Source: Diplonema japonicum
Lineage: Eukaryota; Protista; Euglenozoa: Diplonemea
DNA: 64,000 nt
Assembly: GCA_964019335.1 (NCBI GenBank)
Contig: OZ025728.1
Location: 1-64,000, forward strand
Direction of reading: 5' to 3'
The notes under the pieces were generated by a model that did not search any database, was not told the origin of the DNA, and saw only the letters and a program-made list of their open reading frames with translations. Position numbers and translations under genes: made by a program. Shown here piece by piece: positions 34,290 through 44,962 of this stretch (position 1 is the stretch's first letter; each line of letters opens with the position of its first letter).

Positions 34290-34840
34290 ATGGAAGTGTA
34301 GGTATTCTTACTGGTGATTTAAATAAGACATGGTTTGGATATTAAAAAGGGGGCGGCGTACTTCCCTTCGTAATGTGTACCAATTGAACAAACGATGGGG
34401 GAGAAGGGGGGGGGGGGGGGAGGGTGACACAGGACATACAACAAGTACCGGATTCTTATTCTGCTTGTTTCTTTTATTCTTTTCTTTTTCTTTCTATCTC
34501 ATTCCTTTCTCGGAAAAGTGTGTGGGGGGGGGGGGGGGGGGGGAGAATTGAAAAAAAGTTTTTTTTTTAAAAAGATAACAACAACGTTGTGAGAATTGAG
34601 AACCATTCTCAAGCAATAAAGAAGGGGGGGGGAAATAAAAGATTTAATATAAGATATTATTGCAGCCTAAAGAAGCCGGAATAAAAAATAAAAAAAAAGA
34701 ACCCGCTTTTCATCATAAGAAATAAAACTAAATTTACGTATGATACTCCTCCTTATCCCCACCAATGGTTTTTGTTCCTGCTTATGCACTTCTCATTGAG
34801 CGTGTGGACTGTAATGTGGATAATAACGGGGTTGCTCCCT

Positions 34841-35818
34841 TTATTCCTTTAATACCTCTCTGTAGTCAATTTGTTGTCTTTTAGTGACAACAGGCCTGTC
34901 TGTCTGTGGGTGTCGCTTCGTGGCGGGTACCTCACGCTTCACCCCATAGTCAAGGTGGGTGTACTCTTTTGTTTGCTGGGACTGAGCTGCCCAGGTGTCT
35001 TGCTGCTGTCTCTCATTGGTCCTCGGCTGTCCTGGGGGCGATACAGGCCGGATGCCAACGGTACCAGCTTGCACCGCTGCATGGTGCTCCTCTAGAAGGA
35101 ACAGGTCTCCGCCCATTGGATCAGCAGACATTCCATAGAACATTGCGAGGTTCACAAGGCTTCTTGTGTGCAGCCTGCTGAGCTCTTCACAGGTGAAGTC
35201 GTACTGCGCTAGCTTGCACAGCTCCGCCCACAGCCCCGGCCCAGTTGGCTTCATCGGCATAGCCCTCGCTGGCGACACGTCGTTCCTCACTGGTTGCATC
35301 TCGTGTCTGCTGTGGCTTCTCCTGCTGCCCGCCTTTGGCGACGGTGTCCTCGTCCTTCCTGTGCTGCTTGGGTTGATGATTGCCGTACCCGACGCGCTGT
35401 CCCGTTTCACATAAGGCTGTTCCCTCTTCAGCCCGTAGTCAAACTTCCCGTAGTCCTTCTTCACATGCTTTTGCGCTGGTGCGGCTGCAATATTCAGCGG
35501 GGATCTAGGTGTTCTCGGTGACAGCGGCTGCCCCCTCACGCTAGGGCTCTCGGCCCTCCTTCTAGCGTAGTGCTCTTCAACAAGCTTCTGCTCCCTCGCC
35601 GCTTCCCTTGCAGCAGCATGCCGCCCAGGAAGCGACGAACTCCTACTCCCAGGGCTCCTTGTCCTTGCCCTAGTCGCCGTTCTTAGTGTGCCCACTTGCC
35701 CAGCGTGCACCTTCCTGCTCCCTACACCAGCACCATGCCCGATATCAGCTGGGTACGGGCTGTTGCTCAACTTTGGGGCCGCCATGCCCCCCTGTAGCTG
35801 GTACTCCTCTGCTGTCAT
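34841..35818 (-). CDS. Hypothetical protein
   Basis: 325 aa ORF with the repeated motif (F/L)DYG(L/V)KRE.P..KR. Confidence 0.65.
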   Translation of the reverse strand: MTAEEYQLQGGMAAPKLSNSPYPADIGHGAGVGSRKVHAGQVGTLRTATRARTRSPGSRSSSLPGRHAAAREAAREQKLVEEHYARRRAESPSVRGQPLSPRTPRSPLNIAAAPAQKHVKKDYGKFDYGLKREQPYVKRDSASGTAIINPSSTGRTRTPSPKAGSRRSHSRHEMQPVRNDVSPARAMPMKPTGPGLWAELCKLAQYDFTCEELSRLHTRSLVNLAMFYGMSADPMGGDLFLLEEHHAAVQAGTVGIRPVSPPGQPRTNERQQQDTWAAQSQQTKEYTHLDYGVKREVPATKRHPQTDRPVVTKRQQIDYREVLKE

Positions 35819-35985
35819 ATCCTGTGATGTGTAAGAAGCTCTGCATGCAGCGTGTAAAGTCCTTTCAGAAAGAAAAATATCCTCCAGAGGGGTTTAAAAA
35901 AAAAACAAATAGGGGTACAAGACAGGAAAAGGAGGTGAAGAAGGATGCAAAGAGGAAGAAAACAGATAACAGTTTGTAAAAACCG

Positions 35986-37311
35986 TCAATGTTTGAGTAG
36001 CTGGTACTGGATGAGGGCCCTGTTAGCAGTGACAGGGCGCTTCACATGAGCGTTCGGTGGCCGAGGTATGAGGTCTAGGACCTTGTGTCGGTGGAGGTAG
36101 TTGTTGTTCCTGTGCACGCTGATCTTAGAAGACGGCGGGCGGATGGCGAAGGGCTGGCGCGGCTTCGACACGCCTGTAAAGCGGAGGTCATTAAGCAGCG
36201 TTTCGTTGTTCTTGAGAACAGTGTCAAGGCACTGACGTGCAGTGACCAACTCTATCTCTGCCTCGCTCACCACAGCACGGCGTGGTCTTCTTGCATCCGG
36301 AACGAAGGGCCTGTGACGCTCCAGCTGCAATTGATGCTCCCTCTTCATCGCCTTCATGAGAGAGCTGGAGCTTTCTTCAGTGGTTGCTGTGGCGATTGCC
36401 AGGTAGTTCTCCAACTTACTGACCCTGGATAACCCAAGCTGCAATAGCTTCTCTACTCGGGTGCATTTTTGCATTTCTTCTTTTTGGTACTCTGTAAGAA
36501 GCGTGCTTCTGAATGCTTTGAACTCATTCATCTGCTCTTTCCGCCCGTTCATTCTCTCTCTCAGGTCTGTTTGTGTATCCTTCCTCCGCCGCTTCCTTGT
36601 GCTGTGTGCCTTGGCTATTGCGTTGTGCATGCTAAGGCTTCTTAGCTTCAGTGGTGGGGGCGTGCTCTGAGGACTCTCTGACGGGCTGTACTCGTGCTCG
36701 GCGAGGAGCTGGTCGCCCACCGGGGACAAGTCGGGCTCATTCTTCTTTTGGATGCCAAGCTTAATGTTGCGCTTCCACGTCTTGAAGTACCACCTGAGGC
36801 TGATCAAGATAGTCTTCGACCGCAAGGATCTCAGCTTTTCCTTAAGTTCCTTTGGAATTGGTCGTGGGGGGCAAGGCGTGATGCTGCCCCTCCTGCAGAT
36901 GTCCTCGATGCTGCACGGGGTGTTGAGGTTGAAGTTCTGCTGCACAGCTTCTCGAACGTCCCGCGGAATCTCTTGGATGACTCGCAGGGTGTCATCCTTG
37001 TCATGGTAGCACCGCTGCTTCAATACCGCCATGACAGCCCACAGGTCACTCACGGCTACCACATCACAGTCGCAGTGCCCCACAATATTCAGCAGCTCAG
37101 CAACCTCTTCGTCACTCAACGGGTGCTGGCCAAGTTCTGCAAGCAACCCCTTCATATACCCAATCCTGTCAATCCTAAGCATCCCCTCGCCATCCGACGC
37201 GACACTAGCCATCCCCTCCCGTTCCAGATACCCCACCCACACCTGCCTGCAGTGTTCCCTCTCATCTGCTGTCAACGTCACATTTCCATATATAATTCCT
37301 TCGCCATCCAT
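35986..37311 (-). CDS. Hypothetical protein, degenerate EF-hand-like N-terminus and coiled coil
   Basis: Long ORF; LLAELGQHPLSDEEVAELL resembles a calmodulin-like linker. Start uncertain. Confidence 0.6.
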   Translation of the reverse strand: MDGEGIIYGNVTLTADEREHCRQVWVGYLEREGMASVASDGEGMLRIDRIGYMKGLLAELGQHPLSDEEVAELLNIVGHCDCDVVAVSDLWAVMAVLKQRCYHDKDDTLRVIQEIPRDVREAVQQNFNLNTPCSIEDICRRGSITPCPPRPIPKELKEKLRSLRSKTILISLRWYFKTWKRNIKLGIQKKNEPDLSPVGDQLLAEHEYSPSESPQSTPPPLKLRSLSMHNAIAKAHSTRKRRRKDTQTDLRERMNGRKEQMNEFKAFRSTLLTEYQKEEMQKCTRVEKLLQLGLSRVSKLENYLAIATATTEESSSSLMKAMKREHQLQLERHRPFVPDARRPRRAVVSEAEIELVTARQCLDTVLKNNETLLNDLRFTGVSKPRQPFAIRPPSSKISVHRNNNYLHRHKVLDLIPRPPNAHVKRPVTANRALIQYQLLKH

Positions 37312-37439
37312 GCCTGTTTGACTAATAAGCAAAACACAAAGCAGGAGACGAGATGAAATAAAGATACAGGACTGGTTTTTCTTTCTTAACGAGAGAAACG
37401 GTAAAGGACGTATTCTAAGTTTAAACATATAAATTACAT

Positions 37440-38663
37440 CTATGACTGGACAAAGGGCGTGTGAGGTATCGTTCCTGCTATGTCCTGTGCTATGTGGCGC
37501 TGCGTCCCTTTGCGGAGCTCGCGGAGCGTAGGTGACGTCCTGCCAGAAGAACTTTGGGAGTATGGTTGGAAGGGGAGGACAACAGGGTTTTGTTCTTGCT
37601 CTCGGATGAGAAGTGCGAGGCGAGCAGCTGCAGAGGTGGGCTTAGGCTCTTCCGTGGCACGCATATAGACGTTCTCGGGTGATGACGGCTGGACAGGGAG
37701 GTTTGGGAGCCACATGGTACTTGGAGTGGGAGGGGATGGAGAAGTGACGGTGATCCTAGGGGGGAACTTCCCGTTCTCCAGTGCAACTACTGCCGGTGGC
37801 GGTGACATGGATGCCGTGTTCCTGTCAGCAGGCTTCACAGGTGGGGATTGCACATTCCTCACAGGCGGTGCGGCCGGTGACACAGCCGCGCCCCTAGCAG
37901 GTGATGTCCTGGCGTCCCTAAGGAACGCCGTCAGGTTCGTGCTTACCTCAAGCAGCTCCTCCAATGCCACAGACGCATCCCCAGATCCCTCAGTGCTCTG
38001 TGTCGTGTTCAGCTCCTTCTTAGGCGTCACTTCCCCCAGTAGCACCTTTCGCAACGGCGACGGCGGATTCACACCGTTCACCTTCAACATCTTCAGCAGC
38101 TCAGCCTCGATTCCCAAGTGTACGCTTTCCTGCTGCTGCAGCTTCCTCATCATTTCCTTAAAAATACACGTGATACGAACTTAAAGCATACCTCATTCTT
38201 CCTTTTCTCCCCTTCATAAAGCTTCTTATAATCCACCCCGTTCTCAGACACCGGTGCCGACACAGACATGGGGGACGGTACCGGCGGCCTCTTTGCCCGG
38301 ACCTGCTGCGCACGTGACTCTGCCTGCGGAAGGGGAGAGGGTGGTGCTTTGTAGGGTGGCTTTTGTGCTTGGTTCACGGACTGTGGTAATTATCGTTGCG
38401 TGGCGTGGCATACCAACATGCTGATGAGTCTATCAGCCTCTTGTACTGAGGATGGAGTGGGTGTGCCGTAGGTGGCTGTCTGAGGGCTCGAAGGTTGCTG
38501 CGACTGGTACAAGGGAGTTGGCGTAGGGTAGCTTTGAGCCACAGGAGGCTGCGGACTCTGTGGCAACACCTGAGGGTGCTGCAAAACCTGCTGCTGCGGC
38601 TGCTGCTGTGGAAGCAGTTGTTGTTGATGCTGTGACTGCTGCTGTGGAAGCAGTTGGTGTTGT

Positions 38664-38695
<32 letters not shown>

Positions 38696-39337
38696 TGGCA
38701 TTGGCGGTGCAGGTATAGGTGACCTTGTCTTTGCGGGCATCACAGTCCCCTGACCCTTCAACCGCATTTGGCTTCGCTTTGTCCTCAGCATCTCCTGCAA
38801 AGCCTCAATTTGTGACACCAAACCTTCTTCGCTGTTGACATTCCCCCTACTCTTGCTCATGATGATCTCTTCTAAACTTGCTACTGTAGGCATGTCGAGC
38901 ACTTCGTCCTCGTACTCCATGGCCAGCCCGTCGAGACCTTCAAAGGGCGTCACCTCTGCGATTCCAGTGCTTTGCCGCATTTGGGGTTGTTTTTGTTTTT
39001 CCTTCAATAACGCCTGCCGCCGTTCTTGAAATGACACCGGTGCCTGTAGCTGACTGGGAGGGTAGTCGTCGAACTCAGGAAGCTCCCCTAAGCTACCCGT
39101 ACGCTGCCGCAGGTCGCTTATCCGCCTCTGCGGGTTCCACTCATCGTCGGACTCCTCATACCTCAACCCCTCAACATCCTCTATGCCGTTGAACCTCTCC
39201 CCCTCGTCCATGCCCACACTCATACCAACAGCTCCTTCGGCGTATCCCGCACTTAGGCTCATGTCCCAAGGATCATCATCAAAGAACACTTCACTGCCCA
39301 GATCCGAACCCGGAAGCTGCTCAAAACCTTCTTTCAT
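37440..39337 (-). CDS. Hypothetical Gln/Pro-rich protein, probably 3 exons
   Basis: ORFs 38390-39394, 38150-38377 and 37440-38153 are separated by short GT-AG intron-like gaps. Confidence 0.6.
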
Positions 39338-39420
39338 AATCCCGTTTCTGTGATGACTTAACCCGTTAGTACAGCAATGATAAATAAGATGCAAGATGGC
39401 AGGGGCCTAGTAAGGTCCCA

Positions 39421-39816
39421 TCACAGAATCAGAATGTCCCTCGCGTGCTGATTGGGGTCAACAGCCTTGCACGCGGCAAGCCTAGCGTCAAGCTCACGAT
39501 GCCGCCCGTCAAGCTCCTTTATCTGCGCATTGATGCTGGTGACGTGTGGAATGCGTGCCTCGAGTGCCTGGATCTCCGCTTCCAGCTTGCGGCATAAGGC
39601 AGATGCTGTGGATATGTATTTCATTAAAGGTAGCCGTTCCAGTTCTATCGTCTTATACTGAACCTCTGCTGCGTACAGAGAGATACGTGCCGTCTCGATG
39701 TCCCGCTGGAGCTTACGTAGAACCTGTGTGTTTGTAATAATATCCTTGTCGAGCAACCCTTCTTCACGTCGCATCTCTTCCAACCTGCTGTGAATAGCGT
39801 CAACACTCACAGGCAT
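39421..39816 (-). CDS. Hypothetical coiled-coil protein
   Basis: 131 aa heptad-rich ORF. Confidence 0.55.
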   Translation of the reverse strand: MPVSVDAIHSRLEEMRREEGLLDKDIITNTQVLRKLQRDIETARISLYAAEVQYKTIELERLPLMKYISTASALCRKLEAEIQALEARIPHVTSINAQIKELDGRHRELDARLAACKAVDPNQHARDILIL

Positions 39817-39941
39817 TGCGTACTGGTCCTGGAGGCACTAATGAATGGGACGACAACAAAAGGAAATACTTCTTCGAAGAGGGGTGGGTAGTACAACACT
39901 TTTCACTTAAAAGAAAAGAAACTTTTTTCGACTATCAAAGT

Positions 39942-42317
39942 CTATGAATACAACACACTTTTAGCGGCTACAGCCGCTTGTGGCCAGTCCAACCGACATG
40001 TCGTGTCCCGACAGTCGTTGCTGAAGCACTTCACGTAGATCGCAGACTTCCCGAGGAGGAGCACTGGCTGAGTGTGTTTATGTTGCCTGTTGAGGACGAG
40101 GCAGTACTGAGAGTCTCGGATGCGCACGCTGTATGCCTTCTGGTGCTCTCCTGTTTCGCGGTAGGTAAAGCTGTTGGTTGTCAACCGGGAGTACTCAGGG
40201 TGCAGGGCGTGCAGGGTACTGAGTATTGCTTGCGTGACGCTCTCAGGTTGTACTGAGAGAGGGTTCAGGTTGTGGTTACTGTATGTCGGGACGATGACCC
40301 GTTGAAGAGTTCCCGCCGGCGTGACGACCACAGAGGGGATGCTGTCCACTCGTGTCACAGAGCAATGCAGGACAAGGTCTTCAACACTGCTCTGGGCCCA
40401 GTTTTTCAGCACCTCTTGTGGCACCCTCTCCTCTACCTTACTGTTCCCCACAAGCGGCATAGGATAGTACCCTCGCTCACCACTCCATGGCACCTCGTAC
40501 TCCCCTTTCTTCATGTATTCTACGTCCAAAAGATCACTCGCCAGGCATTCCCCAAACACCTCCTCGAGAGCATCCACCCCCCGAAACCCTACCCCGTCTC
40601 CCATCCTGGCATGGATCCGCACACATAGTTCCTCGCCTATCTTCTGCAACACGTACAAACTGCCCACTGCTATCCCCATCTCATTGCACCTTTGCATTAT
40701 GAGATATAACGCACTAGAGACCATCCTCGACAGATTCTCAACTGGGGCTTCGCCCTTCAACATCCTCAAAGCAAGCACCAAATCGATTCCTTTGTCCCTC
40801 CCCTCGAGAACGGTGAAGTATGTGGTGGATGGGTCAGCTCGGGTAATGTGCACGAGAAGTGACGACGGCACACAGAGGTATTGCTTCGTTGCAACACTGT
40901 CTGTAGTGACGTGTCTGCCCAGCAGCAAGTCTCGCGTTGGGGACTTCTCAAGAAGAGCGCCACTTCTAGATGTACACCAGGGACGAGAGACGATCCATCC
41001 CCGCAGCGTCTCAACTCGCGGGGGCTGTGCGTCAACTAGCAAGCGTGGAGATCCCGTAACTGCCAATGGCTCGAAGCATGTCCTCGGCCTCTTCTCAGCA
41101 GCAATGGGTATCGTGACTAACGCCTTCACCTGCGGCACGCCAACACCGTCATTCTTCCCCTCCTCTATGGTGGGCCATCCAGTGGCGTTCCCCACCCCGC
41201 CTGCACCCCCCTTTACGATAAGGCAGTACTCAATTAATTCCTGGTCGCTTTTAATTATCTCCTGAAAATCGGCAAATCTCACAAGATCCTGGTTCCCTGC
41301 ATTTTGCACGTCGTAATATTTAAGGGGATTGCTGCGCCCCTTCTTAGTGCAGCAAGGTACCCTGAAGCAGCTGTACGGGGAGTACACAGAGGTGTCGACG
41401 GCAGTGCAGAAAGCACCCATCTTGGCAGAACTGAAAGCGGCGGAGATGAAGGTTTTCAAATCGCTCGAGGAGTCGAAGCGCTTGTTCTGAAGCACTGCGT
41501 GTATGTGGAGGGAGAGCTTGATGGTGGTTGTTGCATCTAGGACGACAAAGGAGGCGATCCCAGTGTTATAAATATCTCGGAGACCCGTGAACAAGCAAGT
41601 CAGGAGGGACAGAAGGAGGGTCTCTTTGGAAGCAGTGACGTCGGCGGGGGTCTCGGACCCCTTGAGAGCCACATCCACATCGCAGTAGAAGTCGACAGCA
41701 ACGTTGGGAGGGACAACGGTGTAGAAGTTGCGGTGCTGCTGTGCTGTAGAAAGGATGACGTGGGGAACCACGCTGTGCGAGCAGACGGCGAACTGCTTCG
41801 CACCGCTGGTGCCAAGGTCCCTAGCAAGCATGTAGTTTGTGAATGGTGTGAGGTGGTTCTGCACATCGTTCCTTCTTGAACACCATTTCACGGCAGCTAA
41901 GTTCGGAATAAGCGGAACATCTGGCACTACAGTATCACTGTGCGCGTAGGGGCACGGCCCCGTGCAGGTCCCACGCAACCACTGAACGCAAATTGCAGCG
42001 TTGTGGTTCTTCCATTTACAGTCTGCGAAAGGGCACCGCCCGTATTGCACAAGGCATGGGTGGGGTGTGTGCGTTGGTTTTGTGGCTTTCTCTGTCTTCA
42101 CAGTCAGATTCTCATGTTTCTCCTTCCCCAGCATTCTTTTCAGTACTCGTATGGCTCCAAGTGTCACACTGTCCTCATACGGGACCTCTTTCTTCTCATC
42201 AAGCACGTACCTAGCTAACGCTGATATTACTGCTGCAGCTTCGTCATCCATGGGAGCCCCTGTGTTTTTCTCCCTCTTCACCTTCGGCTCTGCTGTGTCA
42301 TCACGTTCCCGTTTCAT
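39942..42317 (-). CDS. PrimPol-like archaeo-eukaryotic primase/polymerase with N-terminal CCCH fingers and C-terminal UL52-type Zn finger
   Basis: Motif I FYCDVD, motif II KLSLHIH, motif III VDTSVYSPYSCFRVPCCTK; C-terminal YCLVLNRQH...KCFSNDC; CVQWLRGTCTGPCPYAH. Confidence 0.85.
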   Translation of the reverse strand: MKRERDDTAEPKVKREKNTGAPMDDEAAAVISALARYVLDEKKEVPYEDSVTLGAIRVLKRMLGKEKHENLTVKTEKATKPTHTPHPCLVQYGRCPFADCKWKNHNAAICVQWLRGTCTGPCPYAHSDTVVPDVPLIPNLAAVKWCSRRNDVQNHLTPFTNYMLARDLGTSGAKQFAVCSHSVVPHVILSTAQQHRNFYTVVPPNVAVDFYCDVDVALKGSETPADVTASKETLLLSLLTCLFTGLRDIYNTGIASFVVLDATTTIKLSLHIHAVLQNKRFDSSSDLKTFISAAFSSAKMGAFCTAVDTSVYSPYSCFRVPCCTKKGRSNPLKYYDVQNAGNQDLVRFADFQEIIKSDQELIEYCLIVKGGAGGVGNATGWPTIEEGKNDGVGVPQVKALVTIPIAAEKRPRTCFEPLAVTGSPRLLVDAQPPRVETLRGWIVSRPWCTSRSGALLEKSPTRDLLLGRHVTTDSVATKQYLCVPSSLLVHITRADPSTTYFTVLEGRDKGIDLVLALRMLKGEAPVENLSRMVSSALYLIMQRCNEMGIAVGSLYVLQKIGEELCVRIHARMGDGVGFRGVDALEEVFGECLASDLLDVEYMKKGEYEVPWSGERGYYPMPLVGNSKVEERVPQEVLKNWAQSSVEDLVLHCSVTRVDSIPSVVVTPAGTLQRVIVPTYSNHNLNPLSVQPESVTQAILSTLHALHPEYSRLTTNSFTYRETGEHQKAYSVRIRDSQYCLVLNRQHKHTQPVLLLGKSAIYVKCFSNDCRDTTCRLDWPQAAVAAKSVLYS

Positions 42318-42775
42318 GGTTTGCTTCCCTGTATAAACATCGCTGATGGGAGGAGGGGGAAAGAGATTAGAAAATGAGATGAAGGAGGTTCCTGCAATTG
42401 GGACGTCCCTCTAGTCTCGTATCACCTATCTATTCTTTCTGTGGTCTTTCTGGCTCTGTGGAGTCGCTTTGCCCCCAACTTTCTATTGTGTAAAAGAGAC
42501 TAAAAAAAGAGAAGAGGGCAAGAAATGCTCGAATTCGCGGGCGGCGCTGCGTCACATCGTAACAGCCAGTGTGAAGCCAAGATGTGATGATCTAAGCTGG
42601 AGAGCACGTCGCCCGATGGCAGCATAGTACTCAGCAGGGAAGGCTCCCCCAAGCTATCCAAAAGGAAAAAGAAACAAGAAATTCTCCTGAGGACTAAGAT
42701 TACTTTTTGAGTATTCGCGTTGACAAGGAAGCTTACAATCTCCCTCGGAGACAACGCAAGAAAGAAGAGAAAAAA

Positions 42776-42838
42776 ATATATGAGTTAAAGGAAGTCTTTG
42801 TGAGACGCCCCCTTGTTCTCATCTTCTACCTGCACCTA
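42776..42838 (-). mobile_element. 63 bp extreme 3' fragment of LINE copy 2 family
   Basis: Matches 44913-44975; T-runs on both sides on the minus strand. Confidence 0.9.
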
Positions 42839-43040
42839 AAAAAAGAAAGGAGAATGAGAGGGCTGAGATGCCGACTGAGGTTGGGGAGTGCTCAAGGCCG
42901 GAGAACACCCTACATAATCTTGTCTCGGGTGAGTCACCCACCAACACAAGGAAACAACTCGCATAAGGGGAGGTGTCGTTACTCACCTTGGACCTGAGCG
43001 TGGAAGCCTGACGTCTTGCTGCCCCCTAAGAAATAAAGAG

Positions 43041-43255
43041 ATAAAGGAGGTGCAGTGTTGGTGATCCCCTGCACAAGCACTGTCTGATTATGCCGCCGAG
43101 CTGTGCTGTAGCTTCTTCTTCATTCCGTGTCGTGTCGGCTCAGCCCGCCCCGGGTCACCAAGATTCTGCGCTCGTGCAGTTTGCTCACCCTGAGCATCTG
43201 CAATACGTTCTTCCGCCACCGGTGATGATCAAGGAGGTCAACACATCTGATGTAC
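43041..43255 (-). mobile_element. Decayed copy of the ribozyme SINE
   Basis: Shares CCAAGATTCTGCGCTCGTGCAGTTTGCT, CACCCTGAGCATCTGCA, ACCGGTGATGA and GGAGGTCAACA with 3683-3810. L3 and J4/2 are deleted. Confidence 0.85.
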
Positions 43256-43307
43256 TTCTTTTCATTCCATGTAATCCGGCCTACCCTGAAGAAAAAAAAA
43301 AGAAGCC

Positions 43308-44438
43308 CTACGAGTCCTGAAGCGAAGCGAGAACGGTCAACATCGCGGTGAAATCACCACTAGGTATGGGGTCAACGTGCTTCGCAGGCGAGGTGAAGGA
43401 CACAAGGTGGGCGGGCACCTCATGCAAGGTGCCGTCGTCGTTGGAGACGAGATATTGCGTGCGGCCGTTGAAGCAGGTGATGTCAACTATGATGCCTGTT
43501 GTGCCAGCACCTGGTACCTCAATGCGGTCCATAACACGGAAAGGGAACAAGTATCTGTGGTCGCAAACAGCGCAGGTGTCGTCTCTGTTCATGATTTCGG
43601 TGTGTCCCCCTTTGTGGCAATAGCACTGCCACCCTTCAACGGCCCGGAGCTGCTGCGAGGACAACGTGATCTTGTCGTGAGGGAACTTCACTGTTATCCG
43701 CGTCCCGTTGATCTCAACGATCTTCCCGGCAGCGTGCCCGTTCTTCTGACGGTCGTCTTCAGCGCACACCCAGTCCCCGACGTGGAAGCCCTCATTCAAC
43801 GCGCAAACTCGAATCGTCTCTGCTATATGGTTTGACATGAAATCTTTTTTGCTCCACACAGCCATCCCCGGACGCTCTATGTCGAGAAGCGTCTTAATGT
43901 CCAAAGCGACGTTGCAGCTTTCTTGTATCAACGTGCAAAGTTCGTCTACAGAAAGACCTAAGTCAAGAGGGTCATGATGCTCAAACCAATCAGCCGCGTG
44001 GTCAAGCTGTGGACACGGGCCCTGTGAAGTTGAAGTCCTTCGCTTCGCAAACTTATAGACGGTCTGAAACTGCTGCACTGTGAGCGCTTCAACGTTCATC
44101 TTCTCCATGGCAGTGCCCACGATGCCGTCCAGCACATTTACAGGCTGAGCAAGCAGCACTGTCAGACTGTGCACTGCCATTTCCTTCTTAAAGAAACCAC
44201 TGTTCTCCACGTCCAGCATCTTGAACCACTCCATGAGTTCTTTTTCCGGGTCTGGCAGTTCGACTACCTCGCTGTACCCTTTCGCGCACAGAGGGCACTT
44301 GTCATAGCGTATGTCGTTTATGCAGTCAAAGTGGAACACATGTCTGCACACAGCACGTCCATCCCTGCAGAGCATAGCATGTCGTTTCTCACCTGCAAGC
44401 TGGAGAATGCACATGCAACATACTTCGGCCTCGTCCAT
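43308..44438 (-). CDS. RING-H2 finger protein with EF-hand-like and SH3/KOW-like segments
   Basis: CCMC...CRHVFHFDC...CPLC; LDVENSGFF; FHVGDWV and FRVMDRIEV barrels. Confidence 0.7.
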   Translation of the reverse strand: MDEAEVCCMCILQLAGEKRHAMLCRDGRAVCRHVFHFDCINDIRYDKCPLCAKGYSEVVELPDPEKELMEWFKMLDVENSGFFKKEMAVHSLTVLLAQPVNVLDGIVGTAMEKMNVEALTVQQFQTVYKFAKRRTSTSQGPCPQLDHAADWFEHHDPLDLGLSVDELCTLIQESCNVALDIKTLLDIERPGMAVWSKKDFMSNHIAETIRVCALNEGFHVGDWVCAEDDRQKNGHAAGKIVEINGTRITVKFPHDKITLSSQQLRAVEGWQCYCHKGGHTEIMNRDDTCAVCDHRYLFPFRVMDRIEVPGAGTTGIIVDITCFNGRTQYLVSNDDGTLHEVPAHLVSFTSPAKHVDPIPSGDFTAMLTVLASLQDS

Positions 44439-44497
44439 TTGATCTCTTTTTCTTTTTTTTTTAAATCTGGGGGGATGGTGAAGATGCTTGGTTCCAA

Positions 44498-44528
<31 letters not shown>

Positions 44529-44533
44529 GAACA

Positions 44534-44655
44534 TTAAAAGAAGGGGTCTTTTGTGAAACGCCCTTTTTCCTTTCGTCTCTGGGGTCTTCTTCCATGCAAA
44601 ATGTTGCTCTCCTTGCTCCACCCGATCCCCGCCTTTCGTCTCACAGCGTTGTGTA
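44534..44655 (-). mobile_element. Old, internally deleted remnant of LINE 3' end
   Basis: TTAAAAGAAGGGGTCTTTTGTGAAACGCCC and CCACCCGATCCCCGCCTTT resemble 44921-44950 and 45128-45147. Confidence 0.6.
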
Positions 44656-44962
44656 AGAAAGAGAAGGAAAAAAAAAAAGAGTTGGAGGCGTTATACAAAT
44701 TCTGGCTGCCTTTGGCTGGGTGCATGTTGACAGGTGGAGCTGCATCGAGAGGAAAAATGCAATACAGAAGCAGAGAAGGAAAAAAGAACGAAACGTAACT
44801 GAAGAACAAAACAAGAAAAAAAAAAGTGTAAATGTTAAAAAAAAAAAAAAAAAAAAAAAGTCTCAATGCCAAGGCGAATGGGTACCTAGAACGAAAAAGT
44901 AAAAAAAAAAAAATATATGAGTTAAAGGAAGTCTTTGTGAGACGCCCCCTTGTTCTCATCTT

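Noticed and set aside
42950-43030. TTCCACG loop resembling an HDV L3 on the minus strand
   Set aside because: No matching P1 or P2 pairings found.
44913-44931. 3' motif as a U12-type branch point (TCCTTAAC-like)
   Set aside because: The match is imperfect, no U12 donors were seen, and the motif tracks element termini rather than introns.
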